A stretch of DNA of 64,000 nt from Negaprion brevirostris (taxonomy: Eukaryota): NCBI GenBank assembly GCA_030324005.1, contig JARDVH010000163.1, forward strand, positions 102,624,073 through 102,688,072. The letters are read 5' to 3'. This document shows, in pieces, positions 49,336-62,299 of this stretch. The notes beneath the pieces are model-generated. The model was not told where the DNA came from and did not search any database. It was given only the letters and a program-made list of their open reading frames with translations. The stretch's first letter is position 1; every line of letters starts with the position of its first letter. The position numbers and the translations under genes were made by a program.

Positions 49336-49600
49336 AAGAACATAAGAACATAAGAAGTAGGAGCAGGAGTAGACCATCTAGCCCTTCGAGCCTGCCCCGC
49401 CATTCAATAAGNNNNNNNNNNNNNNNNNNNNNNNNNNNNNNNNNNNNNNNNNNNNNNNNNNNNNNNNNNNNNNNNNNNNNNNNNNNNNNNNNNNNNNNNN
49501 NNNNNNNNNNNCATTCACTCTAGCCAGCCTCCTCCTCTTTATATATTTGTAAAAACTCTTACTGTCCTTTTTTATATTTAGTGCTAGTATTTTGTTTTAT
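49336..49600 (-). mobile_element. Young CR1 3' end and internal piece across a gap
   Basis: Canonical tail; after the gap the reverse strand reads KSFYKYIKRRRLARV, as at 62045. Confidence 0.85.
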
Positions 49601-52600
49601 CTTGAATCTCAGGCTTGGTTTTACAAGAGTTGCATCAAGTCACCGCTTCAGGGTTTGTTACCTCATCCCAAACAGCTTCATTGTTTTCAGTAGGTGCAGA
49701 GATTTGATTTTGCTATGTCATATGGAAAAATAAATATATTAAAATTCAGTATGATGCTCATACTATCACCTCAAAATGACACTAACGGCAGTACTATACC
49801 ACTAATCTTCTCAAGCCCAAAATTCTCCTCTCTGATACAATGTAAGCTTTACTTTTTTGATATTTGATACAATTTATTAATTAGAATATATTAGCATCTC
49901 AATTTTACATGCCCACCAGTCTACTTGCCTAGGTTCCTTGTCACAGCATTGACTTTTCTCTGCAATTCAACTGGATCAGGAAGAAAACCAACAGTATGCA
50001 TAACATATAGCTAACATGAAGTTTATATTACTCTCATTTCCCCGCCATCTGTCTAAATGTTACAGTTTCAAGTATAGTATATTCTTTCAAGGACTATATT
50101 TATATGAACATTCACAGGTTTCATTGGCACATTAAATCTTCAATTTTATTTAAAATTATGTATTTGAATAAACTTTACAAACTACCATGATTAGATAATG
50201 ATTTTTATTCCAACAGGATAAAAATTGCATTAAAATCCAATTTTCCTCATTTATTTTATATTCCAAGTGAAATCACAGGTCATTACTCATACTGGAATGT
50301 GTATGATTAATGGATCAATTTAAAGTTGTCTAAGCCATGCAAATGATTCAAATGCAGACAAATACATAACATAAACAGCAATGGAATCAATCTTAATCAC
50401 TGCCTCTTCAAAGCATAGGTGTCTTTTTTTTCAAGTGAAAAGGGTAATAGTTCAGGAATAGGAACAATAATATATTTTGTGAGAGCAGCTTTATGCCTTG
50501 AAATCAGGCTACTAGATTAGGGACTCAAAAACAGTTTAGGTATTTGAATCAAACTCATTAAGGATTAGTACAATAGCATTCAAAGAATGTAATTTCAAAG
50601 CATTAGTGTCTTCACATAGTCATTTCAGAAGTGATTTTCGGGGTTTCCTGTGAGCCAGATGTGCTGGTTTCGCAACACTTCTGATAAATGCAGCCTCTTC
50701 AATTGGATACCTACATTGATTTCCTCTCACGGCTCCATCTTTTATTTGATTTGTGGTTGATGGTGCTTCTCCTGCCGACAGTTCCTCTATGTGGAACTTC
50801 AACTGCCTCAGTTTTCTGCAAGACTGGTCAGACTTGGCTCTGAAAGCTCTCATGGAGTAATTTGTTTCTCTAAAACAAATAACACATTTTCCCCAAGCAC
50901 TAATAACTGTTCAGCAAGTTTTAGATTTACCTGTATTTATTAAAATTATTATATTTCATGGTCATGCAGAAGGGACATTCGTGAACAATATTTTTGCAGT
51001 GACTGTTAATAGAAAATAGGACATGATTATTACAATGAGCTGGATTGTCAGGTTTAATGCCTCTCATTATAAAATAGATATGAAAAAGGTCAATGATTTT
51101 TTTGATTACTATAGATGTTATTCAGAACATATAGCGTAAGAGTTTAAAATTTTACTTTAACATCTCTTTTATATGAATATTTGTTATAAGTATCAATTAT
51201 TTTGTTGCCTCATGCAGACCTGAACACAAACAAAACAATCTAAATTAGCAAAGTGACTTCATAATATACATTTCAATTAAAAGTCAGCATGCACCAACAT
51301 ATAGTGGAAGGAATTTTAATTTTCAATGTTGGCATAAAATGGAAACTAATGAAATGACCACCAGACATACAATTGGCATGATACTGACCAATACAGCACT
51401 TTTGAAAGTTAAAATTATCCCACCAAACACTCACTCCTGCAATCTAGGTGCTGTTTTAACTCAACTGCACAGCAGGAACTTGGAAGGCATGCAGTTAAAA
51501 TTGCCCACATTGCCAGCTTCCCAACGCTGACAAAGTCCAACTTGCTTTATTGAACAAAAACACATGCACAAAACTGGTGGAGTCCTGCTTCACGGACACA
51601 CATTGAATCCTAATGAAATCACTTGACTACCATTTTAACAGAAGCAAGAACGGAGAAGCCGCTGTTTCTTTTTTACTGAGTGAAGGCTGGTCAGGACCTG
51701 CCAGGAAGGCGGTACCAAAAAAGGTTCTTCTTTCCTTTAAAAGAAAGGGGATTTAGGAAAGCTTAGCCTTCCACTGCTGTGGACTGCCACATTTCCCAAA
51801 CACGAGATGGCCCAGAAGCTAAGGCCATCATCTCCCTTATGTGGTAAGATGGCTGTTGATCCTAGCTACTTACTACTGCTTCCTTCCAACTTCTCGCCCA
51901 TTCTAAGTAGAAAATCAGCTTGCAAGATTTAAATAAATCCTGGCGTAAACATTTTTACAACATTTCTGGAACAACGATGAGTTTCCAACTTACCTCACTA
52001 CAGCTAGTCCACTTCACATCATCCCATTGGGGATCTAGAAAAACTGAATGCCTTGCATTTGTAATTTTCATTTGTAATTTTAATATATTTAGCAAGTTTT
52101 CAATATTTAAGAAATCCTATTTTGCTTGACTGCTACTACTTTTACCTTCACAGTTCACTTGTGCAATCTGTAATGTCTCCATTCAAATTAGTAACTCCAC
52201 TATTAACACAAAATAGAACTTTAAACAAAATTGGGATAGGTCCTTGCCTTAAAAATTTTTGGAAGGGGGAGAATGCTTCTATTTCATCATATTGACTATC
52301 AATGTTTAAAATCAGTTTGCTCATCCTCCCAATCCATGAGTTTGGTTGACATTACAAGTGAGTTGGATCAAACAGAGCTTGGTAATGAGATGCTAGCTTG
52401 ATTTTTTAATAAATAAATAAATCGTCAACTGGAATACCACACAAAAATATGAAATACTTGTATTCACTCCTCTTAACTACAAATATTAATGTACACAGGA
52501 GTGGTGAAGTTAGAGCACGCTTCACGTGTTTCTGGATAGGAAATGTCGGCATCAAACTGATGTTGATAGGATTTGTCCTGTGCTCCAACCATGCTTGTAG

Positions 52601-53117
52601 TTTAGTGACATACTATCGGGTTAGACCATTTTCCATGAGTTCCTGGCTGCTGCCTGAAATAAGCGGCATCACCCCTCCTTTATGCAACTGGGGACCTCAC
52701 ACATGTTTCAGGAGCCATTCTGGAGTTCCAACTGCCTTAAGTAGAGAAAGCCTTCTTCCAATCAAAATTAGTTGATCTACATGCTGTTTAAAAGGGACCA
52801 CTGGAGGCCACTGTTGTACCTCGGAAAGTCATTTGGTGAAGGATAGAACTGGGGCCAAGTTTTGCACACTCTTGAAACACTTTAGTGTTACGTATTATAA
52901 CCATGCACCTCCCACGCTCAAAACCATAGTTTCAGTCTATGGCACAAATGAATCCCTGTTAACGCCGAGTACCGGGGTACAACTGAACACAATAATTACC
53001 ATCAAAAAGTTTAATTTAGTTTATGTACTTATCGAAAGGTGGCACAAGAAAGAGTACCTTTGCCCTGGTATCCCCTCCCATTCTTAACNNNNNNNNNNNN
53101 NNNNNNNNNNNNNNNNN

Positions 53118-53168
53118 NGGCCTACTCCTGCTCCTATTTCTGATGTTCTTATGTTTATGTTCTTATGT
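53118..53168 (+). mobile_element. CR1 3' tail
   Basis: GGCCTACTCCTGCTCCTATTTCTGATGTTCTTATGTTTATGTTCTTATGT. Confidence 0.85.
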
Positions 53169-54834
53169 GCAGGAACTGCTCACAGCTCACGCACATTAGT
53201 AAGGTGAACTCCAAGGACCAATTATTCAGGTTGGTGTCTTACAGAATGGATACATCCTGCCTCCTGATTTATCAAACCAAACCGATTGCCAGATAATTCT
53301 GCATTAATTGTAAGTTGCTTTAAAATGCTCCTTTAATTTCCTGATTTATTTCTCTGGTCATTTGGGATATATAAGCTATTATTATGTTTGGATTTCAAAT
53401 TAACTGTCAACACAATTATTTGAAAGTTATTGCAATTTATTTTATTTTCCCTTGAATGTGTTAAATTCTCATTGGTTTATGTCTCTACTGATGCCACTTG
53501 TCCACCAGAAGTTTAACATTATCTGCACTAAAACTTACCCTGGATTTTACATCAAGGTTCTGTACATTGAAGTCATAATAAGGTCACACAGATTAAATTC
53601 TTCATTCTATTTGTAATAGCAAGTAGCTTACTTGCAATTTTATCTCTCATGAGCTGCCCATCAGCTTACTTGGCAACAAACTTCTTCCCATTGTTGGGAG
53701 TAATTGGATAGCTCAAAGAGCTGGCTCTGGCTTGTTGGCCCAAATGGTCTCCTTCAATATTGTAAGATTCTATGATCATAAATAACATGTGTCCTCTATT
53801 CATTAGATCTCTTTCTATGTTTAGGCATTTGCAGGAAATTTTCACAGCAAATCTTACAAAATTAAATTCACCAAACATAATTTATCATATCGACTGATTT
53901 TCAAAACATCGACTCATGGGTCATACTCGTGGACTGGAACCGAGGAGAAGGTTGAGCTTTACTGTTGTTGCAATAGTTGGAATATTGCACTTTACTGTAA
54001 CTTGCTCATCTTAAGCATGTTCAAAAATGCTGCAGTCATCAGAATACAAAAATATTCTGTTCACCATTTTAACACTGGGACAAAGAGTGAATGATTCTTT
54101 TCCTTCTTCAATGGTTGATGAAATGCAATAAACCAGACAGCAGGTGCTTTCACATAATATAATGTCTTCACAATCTGTTTTCCACCAAAGTGGATAATTT
54201 TGACTTTGGGCAGTAGAGTAAAATCGGCAAAGGCATCAGTAGCACATCTTACATTTCTCATTATTTTTATCTCCATTGAAGCTGATGTGGGAAAAAAAAT
54301 CTAAGGGCATGAAACAGGCTTTTGATTCGTGATTACCCATTTTATACAATCATACACAATCAAAATTATTTTCCTTCGGGTTCCAAAAACAAAACACAAA
54401 TCTATTTCATTTTCTGAGAAAATGTGTGTAGCCATTCATACTTTCTAAGAAAACATCACTTTCCTTTAGTGTGGGGTATTTATTACAACATTCATAACAC
54501 TTAAAAACTGTCCAGAGAAAAGAAGCAGGTCTGCAGAAATTTCATTTGGCACATTAGAGTAGATAGGATTTCAAAGTTGCTAGTTACATCCCAGATAAAT
54601 TCCTTCACAAGGAAAATGATGGGGCACAGTGAATCCTTCTGTACAGCTGCTTGCTTTCATAACCTACTGCATGATCTACATCAAAAACAAGACCACAGTG
54701 AACTCCCACTTTAATTGCTCTAATCCTAATGCATCTCTGAAAATCTCCTCACCCTTTAGAACTACCCTAATTCTGATGAGCTCATGCTTATAAATCTTGA
54801 GGTTAGTTGTTGAACAGCTGTAATAATAAAGGAC

Positions 54835-55618
54835 AGATTTGGTAGCACTCTCCCAAGCCTGAAGATTATGCATTCAAACTCCTGTGCCAGAATTTGAGAA
54901 CAAAAATTATAAATTTATATATAGAGAGTCCTGAAGCATTTCATGAGCTACTCAGCACCACGTAAATGAACACTGCAGTCTTTTTGTGCGTAGCAAATTT
55001 CCACAAGTGGGTAATTAACATTTTGATAATGTTGGTTGAAGGGGGTAACATCAGGGGAATTCTTTGCTTTTCTTTTAATGCTGACATGGAACAGGACATG
55101 TAATGTTTAAGCGGAAGGATGCCACCTCGAAGAGTGCTGCACTCTTCCCTTGGTAGTGTTCTAAAGCAGTAGCCTAGTTATGTGTTCAAGCCCTTAAATG
55201 TAGCTTAAATTCACAGCCTTCTGACTTAGGTGAGACTGCTACCAAATGAGCTGAACTGACATTATGCTAATTTAGGTTGACACTCCATTGCAGCACTGCA
55301 GGACTGCTATTCGGTCAAAGTGTCAGCCTTTGAAATGTCAGCATCCACTGAATTGTCAGCATCCTTGTTCATTCCTTCATGTGGAAGTTCAAGATTCTCT
55401 GGCAGTGTTCACATTAGAGCAGAGATTTTTTTCCCTGTGTTCTCACCAACATTCCTTTCTCAGCCACTAGCAGAAAGATATAAACATTCATGCTGAATGT
55501 GCTAAATGGCTGCCAGATTTGCCTACAAGACAATTAGTGCAATTCCACTCATTCCAGGTGGAGTGTTTTGACATGTTTGAAATGCACAATAATGTAAATG
55601 AAAGTGTCCCTTTCTTTA
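54835..55618 (+). mobile_element. DeuSINE (SacSINE1-like), split by an inverted DeuSINE
   Basis: Head TTGGTAGCACTCTC..CATTCAAACTCC..TTGAGAACAAAAAT (54835-54910) resumes as TAGGTTGACACTCCATTGCAGCACTG..AAATGGCTGCC..TGTAAATGAAAGT (55268-55618). Confidence 0.65.
54915..55262 (-). mobile_element. DeuSINE (SacSINE1-like)
   Basis: GATAATGTTGGTTGAAGGG, GGAAGGATGCCACCTCGAAGAGTGCTGCACTC and CACAGCCTTCTGACTTAGGTGAGACTGCTACC are reverse complements of the recalled Deu domain and head. Confidence 0.7.
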
Positions 55619-57844
55619 AAACCACCGGAATGATATTTAGGTTTCAAAAATTGTCAACTCTCCCACACCCCATAAAACAACATATTCTGTGAATAGTAGT
55701 GTAGATTCAATTCAGCATGAAACACATTGTAACAGAAGNNNNNNNNNNCAATCGCTCAAATGGAATGTCCTTGATATTTGGTTAACTTCAAAAGATTCAC
55801 ACTTTGCGTATGATAAGAATTGGAGGGAAGGGATGGGCGTGGTTGGAGAAGTGGTTCAATCAATGCTTCCAAGATAAAGAGATTATGAACCAGATTTAAA
55901 ATTTCTCATAGTAGCACATGAGTGATGAGACCTTGCTATGATAACCTGCATGGGGGCATCAGAGATCTGGGATTAAAATGTGAGATGGTCCTTGGCTCAG
56001 TTGGTCTGAGGAGAGGAATGCAAAGTTCAAGGGTAGAAATCTCAATAAGAAAACATGGCAAAATGTAATCCTCCTTTTATATTTTGTTGTACATGTTCAT
56101 GAGTCTAATAATTTTCTCAATTTTGACATTTTATCCCAAGTAAGCAAATAATCCAAATTTTGATAAGGCACTTGTCAGACAGCAAGTGTGCTTCTAAAGA
56201 ATCTCTTGTGAATGATTGTAATCAGATCAAAATGGCTGTTCACAAATAAAGACACAGGACAACTTTTATTGAATGCTTTACAGTATGAAAAAAATCTGGC
56301 ACAAAAATTGAACTCTGAATATTCCTCATTTAAAACATAAGGTCTGCTCAACCCGATATTGCTTAATCCCTTTAGGGCTTTTCACTAGTAACTCTGAAGT
56401 AAAATAAAATTGAGGTTAAAAGTCATCTTAAGCTGGCTTCTCAGAAATTTGAGTTGCCGTCTATCAAAATCTTAGTTGATTTAAAAAACCCTCAGATATA
56501 GGAGATTGCTAAGAGTGTAACTGCAGGAAAAACACATTAGGCAAAATAATGTAGCCTGTTCCAAATTTGAAACCAGTTGTGTTCAACATTAGAGAAACAT
56601 GTTGGATTTTACCCCTTAATCCCAAGCATTCTGATACTTGGAGCAGGAACAATTGGGAGAATGGACTTACCATGTAATCGCTATTTACTTTGTGCCCTTT
56701 CCCATTTTGCCAGGGCATATTTCAGTTTGCTTAAGATAACAATTTTGTGGTAGGGATCAAAATAATTCTTTTCCAAGGGCTTTTCTGGAGAAAACTGCCG
56801 AGCTCAATTTTGTCGAAGGTTACTTTTTGATTTTCAGGGGCTACTTTTTTGAGGGCTCCTTATTTATTTTTACTAACCCAGCCCCAGTCATTCAAAACAG
56901 ATAACATGTGGAGTTCAGGTCACAATTGTTCCTTCGTTCCTGAATATCTTCCCTAAAATTTGGTTCATAAGTACAATTTCCAAATCTCAACAGAGTATAT
57001 GTTTGGGATCCTTTCCCCATCACACCCTGCCTTGCCTCACCCTATAATTCACCAACAATTTTATGACTTCAATACTTGAATTTCCCTCTTCAGGAGTTCT
57101 TGCACTTACAAGATTTACCTCCCCAAAAAACTGAGTACACCTAAATTGAAATCATGTGAAAATTCTTGTATTTACACAGCGTAGATTATAAAAACAAGAC
57201 CACTTTTGAGTTGTTAGTTATCGCCTGTGACAGCATTTATGCAGCTGGTAGGTAATGTTTGATAGTTTTGAAGCTTAGTTTTCTTGGGGTTAGAACTGTG
57301 TTCCTATATCACACTTTGGTATCTGCCTCCCTCTGTACTTTTTCTCTTCAGTCTATTTTCTCCTCAGCAGAAGGTAGTAAATCACTTCTCTAGCTCTCCG
57401 AATGCAACCTTGAATTCTGATACGGCTTTAGTGAAACTCAGCTGAATATGTCGTCTGCTTTCTTTCTTCTCAGCCTCCCAATCCCAGGGATGCCAGCAGA
57501 CCAAAACAATCGACAGCGCAGCCAAAAATTCTTATCTGGCAGCAACAGGAACGGCCATTAATAATTACTCCTCAATCTCTCTCTTGCCCTTGCTGCTCCT
57601 TCCATCATAGATTCTGCCTCTGACGAAGCATCAAGTGTGACAGGGAACTAACCTGTGATTGGAGGAGCTGGAGCAGCGAGCACGGAAAAGACAGAAGCTA
57701 TCACTGGAAGAGCAGCTCCTCATAGGTTGCGTCTGTCCCATGCTTGTTACTCTTCCAATCAAAATACATAGCAGAAACATTTTTTTTGCCAAATTTTGAA
57801 CATTTTGCCCCATTTTTGATTTCTTGGGGCTATTTGCAAAGTAC

Positions 57845-58146
57845 TAATTTGATTTGATTTATTATTGTCAGATGTATTAACATAGTACGTGACCTCAGAC
57901 TTTTGTATCTTTTGCCCGAAGCAAGAAGATGGAACAGAGAACGTCCAGGGTGCGTGGGATCCTTAATTATGCTGGCTGCTTTGCAGAGGCAGCGGGAAGT
58001 GTAGACAGAGTCAGTGGATGGGAGGCTGGTTTGCGTGATGCATTGGGCTACATTCACGACCTCTTGTAGCTACTGGTGGTCTTGGGCAGAGCAGAAGCCA
58101 TACCAAGCTGTGATACAATCAGAAAGAATGCTTTCTATGGTGCACC
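57845..58146 (-). mobile_element. Rex1/Babar LINE 3' end
   Basis: RCTIESILSDCITAWYG and YTSRCLCKAASIIKDPTHPGRSLFHLLASGKRYKSL; AATAAATCAAATCAAA tail. Confidence 0.9.
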
Positions 58147-58652
58147 TTCTTTGAGGAAGGATGCAGTGGCACTGGAGGCGGTTCAGAAGAGGTTCACTCG
58201 ATTGATTCCAGGTTTGAAGGGGCTGTCGTATGAGGAGCTGTTGTGTAGCGAGGGCTTGTACTCGCTGAAGTACAGAATCATGAGGGGAGATTTGATTGAG
58301 ATATGTAAAATACTCAACAGGATTGATAAAGTAAATGCTAACCAAATGTTCCCCCTTCTAGAACAGTGCAGCACAAGAGGTCACTGTTGTAGAATAAGAG
58401 ATGGGTGGTTCAAGACAGAGATAAGGAGGAGCTACTTCTCACAGAGTCTATGGAACTCGTTGTCCCAGGGTACAGTGGAGGCAGAATCAATCAATGGATT
58501 CAAGAAAGAGATGGATGAATATTTGATCAAAAACGGGATAAAGGGATTGGGGAAGAGGAGTTAGGATAAGATGGAGATCAGCCATGATCATGTAGAATGG
58601 TGAAGTGGGCTCAAAAGGCTGAACTGCCAACTCTTGCTCCTAATTCCTATAC
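58143..58652 (+). mobile_element. CR1 3' fragment
   Basis: RKDAVALEAVQKRFTRLIPGLKGLSYEE..RGDLIEICKIL..TRGH..LWNSL. Confidence 0.92.
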
Positions 58653-58689
58653 AACATCTGGAATTTTAAGCTCTTACCCTTGTATTCAA

Positions 58690-59183
58690 AACCCTCTGTT
58701 TTGTCTCTCTAACTCTGCAATCTCCTCCAACCTCACAATCCTTTGAGATGCCACATTCCTCTGATTCTGGACTCCAAGTTGAACAGCTTTACCATTGGTA
58801 AGCACGTCTCCAGTTGCCAAGGCCTTCAAGTTTTGGAAATCTCTCCCTCAACTTCTCTGCCTCCCTACCTCACTTTCTTTCTTAACGTTCCTTAAAACTG
58901 ACCTCTTCAACCAGGCTTGGTGTCAGCTGCTGTTATGGGTGGAATTTTCCGGCTGTTCACGTGGATGGGATTTTCTGATCCCGCGGTAGTGAATGGAGAT
59001 TTGGCTGAGCGGCAGATTCTCTGTCCTTGCTTGCAGTGGCAGCGGGGCATGAGTGGCCAGAACATTCCAGCCAGTATCTCTTTAAGTGGCTTGATTCTAC
59101 GTGCTTTTTTAGTTCTCTAGGAAAGGCATTGGCAGAGCTTGTTATGTTAAAAGTGCTATATAAATATAACTTGTTGCTGTTGT
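58690..59183 (+). mobile_element. L2 3' end with MITE insertion (58937-59072)
   Basis: CCTTAAAACTGACCTCTTCAACCAGGC..ATGTTAAAAGTGCTATATAAATATAACTTGTTGCTGTTG; MITE GGGTGGAATTTTCC..AACATTCCAGCC. Confidence 0.75.
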
Positions 59184-59339
59184 AGCCAGGGCAACAGTTG
59201 GGGAGGCTGATAAACAGAATATCAACCAGACTTCTTGCTTCTTATCACCATCTAATGATACTTTCTGGAAGTAAAATATCTCACGAAAACATAGAAAGTT
59301 CTTCGAAGGCCTGGCAAGATAAATGTAGGAAGCGTAATT

Positions 59340-60260
59340 CCCCAGGAGACACAGTCTCAGAAAAGGAGATAGTCCATTTCAGGCTGGGATGAGGAGGAAT
59401 GCCTTCATTCACAGCATGTTGAAACTTTGGAATTCTTTAACCCAAAGGGCTGTGAATATTCAGGGCAGGGGAGGGAGATGATGGGATAGTGGTATTGTCA
59501 CTGCGCTAGGAATGCAGAGACCCAGGGTAATGATCTGGGGACCTAGGTTCAGAGAGTCCCGTCATGGCAGATGGTCGGATTTGAGCTCAATAGCAATCTG
59601 GAATTAAAAGACTAAAATCAAAAATTAAAATTAAATTAAAATTGAAAGTCTGTGTGGAGTTTGCACTTTCTCACTATGTCTGTGCTGGTTGCCCCCAAGT
59701 GCTCCAGTTTTCTCCCACAGTCCAAAGATGTGCAAGCTAGGTTGATTGGCCATGCTAAATTGACCCTAGCGTCAGGGGGATTAGCAGGATAAATGTGTGA
59801 GGTTACCAGAATAAGGCCTGGGTGGGCTTATGGTCTGTACAGACTCGATGGGCCAAGGGCCTCCTTCTGTGCTGTAGGAATTATATAATTCTATAATGAT
59901 GACCAGAAAGCCTTCACTAATGTCCTTTAGGGAAGGAAATCTGCTGTCCTTACCTGGTCTGGCCTACATGTGACTCCAGACCGACAGCAATGCGGTTGAC
60001 TCTTAACTGCCCTCTGAAATGGCCTTAACAAGCTTTAAGGACAATTAGGGGTAGGTAACAAACATTGGTGCTTGGCAGCAATGCCTACATCCCAAGAAAG
60101 AATCAAAACAAAGAGGTGGATAGATTTTTAGTTAATAAAGGTACATGGAGATAATGCAGGGACATGGTACTGAGGGCAGATCAGCTATGATCTTGTTGAA
60201 TGGCTGAGCAGGCTTGAGGGGCCGAATGGCCTACCCCCACTCCAATTTCCTAGTTTCCTT
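59340..60260 (+). mobile_element. CR1 3' end split by a tRNA-SINE (59470-60105), itself split by a 5'-truncated HE1 SINE (59647-59895)
   Basis: CR1 CTTTGGAATTCTTTAACCCAAAGGGCTGTG resumes as GAGGTGGATAGATTTTTAG at ~60113; SINE head and body flank the V-domain GTCTGTGTGGAGTTTGCAC. Confidence 0.8.
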
Positions 60261-60469
60261 TGGCTGGTCCTGGTGGAGTTCAGTTGTGCTAACCTCTGTA
60301 GTCACATGGCCTGATGACATTCCCTGCCAAGGTTCAGGTATAAAGAATGGGCACCGGGCTGAAATAGTGAAGGGTGCTGAGCTCATTCCGGTAGCCCAAG
60401 GTTCAGTAATCAGAGACACAGCTTGAAGATAATTGGCGAATAACTCAGAGCAGGAGATGAGGAGACTGT

Positions 60470-60690
60470 ATATATATATTTTTTCAGCAGTTGTTTTTGA
60501 TCCGGAATGTACTGACTGAGAATGTGGTGGAAGCTGACTCAATTATAACTTTCACAACAGAATCGGACGTAGACTTGAGAAGTAAACACTTTCACGGCTA
60601 CGGGAAGAGAACAGGGGAGTGAAACTAATTGGACAGCTCTCTGAAAGAGCTGGTTCAGACGTGTGGGCCTCCTTGCTGTGCTGTAAGACT
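60470..60690 (+). mobile_element. CR1 3' end (third family)
   Basis: GGAATGTACTGACTGAGAATGTGGTGGAAGCTGACTCAAT..GGCTACGGGAAGAGAACAGGGGAGTG. Confidence 0.7.
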
Positions 60691-60830
60691 CAGAGTCAGT
60701 AAGGAATCAATGCTTTCTCCCAAGGAATACNNNNNNNNNNNNNNNNNNNNNNNNNNNNNNNNNNNNNNNNNNNNNNNNNNNNNNNNNNNNNNNNNNNNNN
60801 NNNNNNNNNNNNNNNNNNNNNNNNNNNNNN

Positions 60831-61650
60831 TCCCCATTGATGGTTTATGGGCATGTTCTTCTTTACGCTTCCTAAAGTCGATGACAATCTCCTTTGTTTT
60901 GTTGACATTCAGGGAGAGCTTATTGTTGCCACACCAGTTCACCAGATTCTCTACCTCAGTTTGTCTTGTCATTGTTTGAGATCCGACCTACTACGGTAGT
61001 GTCGTCAGCAAACTTGAAAATTGAATTGGAGGACAATTTGACTGCACAGTCATAGGTGTACAAGGATTATAGTAGGGAGCTGAGAGCACAGCCTCGTGGG
61101 ACGCTGGCGTTGGGGATTATCATGGAGAAGGTGTTGTTGCCTATCCATACTGATTGTGGTCTGTGAGTTAGGAAGTTCAGGATCCAGTCACAGAGAGAGA
61201 GAGGTGCCAGACCCAGGCCATGGAGTTGAGATGAATTTTATAGGGATAATACTGTTGAAGGCTGAGCGGTAGCCAATAAATAGGAGTCTAACATATGTGT
61301 CCTTGTTATCTAGATGTTCCAGGATTGAGTGCAGGGCCAGGGAAATGGCGTCTGCTGTGGACCTTTTGCGGCAGTAGGCAAACTGTAGTGGATCCAGGTA
61401 GTCCAGAAGGCTGGAATTGATTCGTGCCATGGCTAACCTTTCGAAGCACTTCATAATGATGGCTGTCAGAATCTCCAGTCAATAGTCATTAAGGCACATT
61501 CCTTGGTTTTTCTTAGGGACTGGGATGATGATCGTCTTCTTGAAACAAATGGGGGCCTCAGATTATTGTAAAGAGAGGTCGAAGATGTCTGTGAATACCT
61601 CAACGAGCTGATCCGCACAGGATCTGAGCGCACGTCTGGGTACTCCATCA
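60831..61650 (-). mobile_element. Rex1/Babar LINE reverse transcriptase fragment
   Basis: [51 protein letters not shown]; KFADDTTVVG; WCGNNKLSLNVNKTKEIVIDFRK. Confidence 0.93.
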
Positions 61651-62044
61651 AATTTACCATCGACTCCATGTATTTTGAAATCCCGTTTGGAGGCAAATCA
61701 ATTAGGCTGCATCATATAATGAGGCAAATAGCTCCAGTCACTCATTAACATCCATGTGCTGGTGAAGGGGCAGGAAGAGATTGATACTCACAGTTGAAGC
61801 TCATGAATCTCAATTTTGCTTATTTCACTAACCCTGAAACAGCTGTGGAACTTAATGATTGTATTACTCTCACTGCTTTACTGGGCACAGGAAGATGAGA
61901 AACACAGGTTAAAACCACACAAGAATCAGTACAGCAGTTGAGCGGTCAGTTCATAGAAGGCCTTAAACATCGAGTAGCAGATTCAGTCAGCTTTGTCAAC
62001 ATAACTGAAGAGCTGTGCATGAGGACACTGCACTTATTGAGGCA

Positions 62045-62122
62045 GATAGTTTTTATAAATATATAAAAAGGAAGAGGCTGGCTAGGGTGAACGTTGGACC
62101 CTTAGAGGATGAGAGGGGGGAC
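62045..62122 (+). mobile_element. CR1 ORF2 fragment
   Basis: SFYKYIKRKRLARVNVGPLEDERG. Confidence 0.8.
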
Positions 62123-62299
62123 NNNNNNNNNNNNNNNNNNNNNNNNNNNNNNNNNNNNNNNNNNNNNNNNNNNNNNNNNNNNNNNNNNNNNNNNNNNNNN
62201 NNNNNNNNNNNNNNNNNNNNNNNNNNNNNNNNNNNNNNNNNNNNNNNNNNNNNNNNNNNNNNNNNNNNNNNNNNNNNNNNNNNNNNNNNNNNNNNNNNN

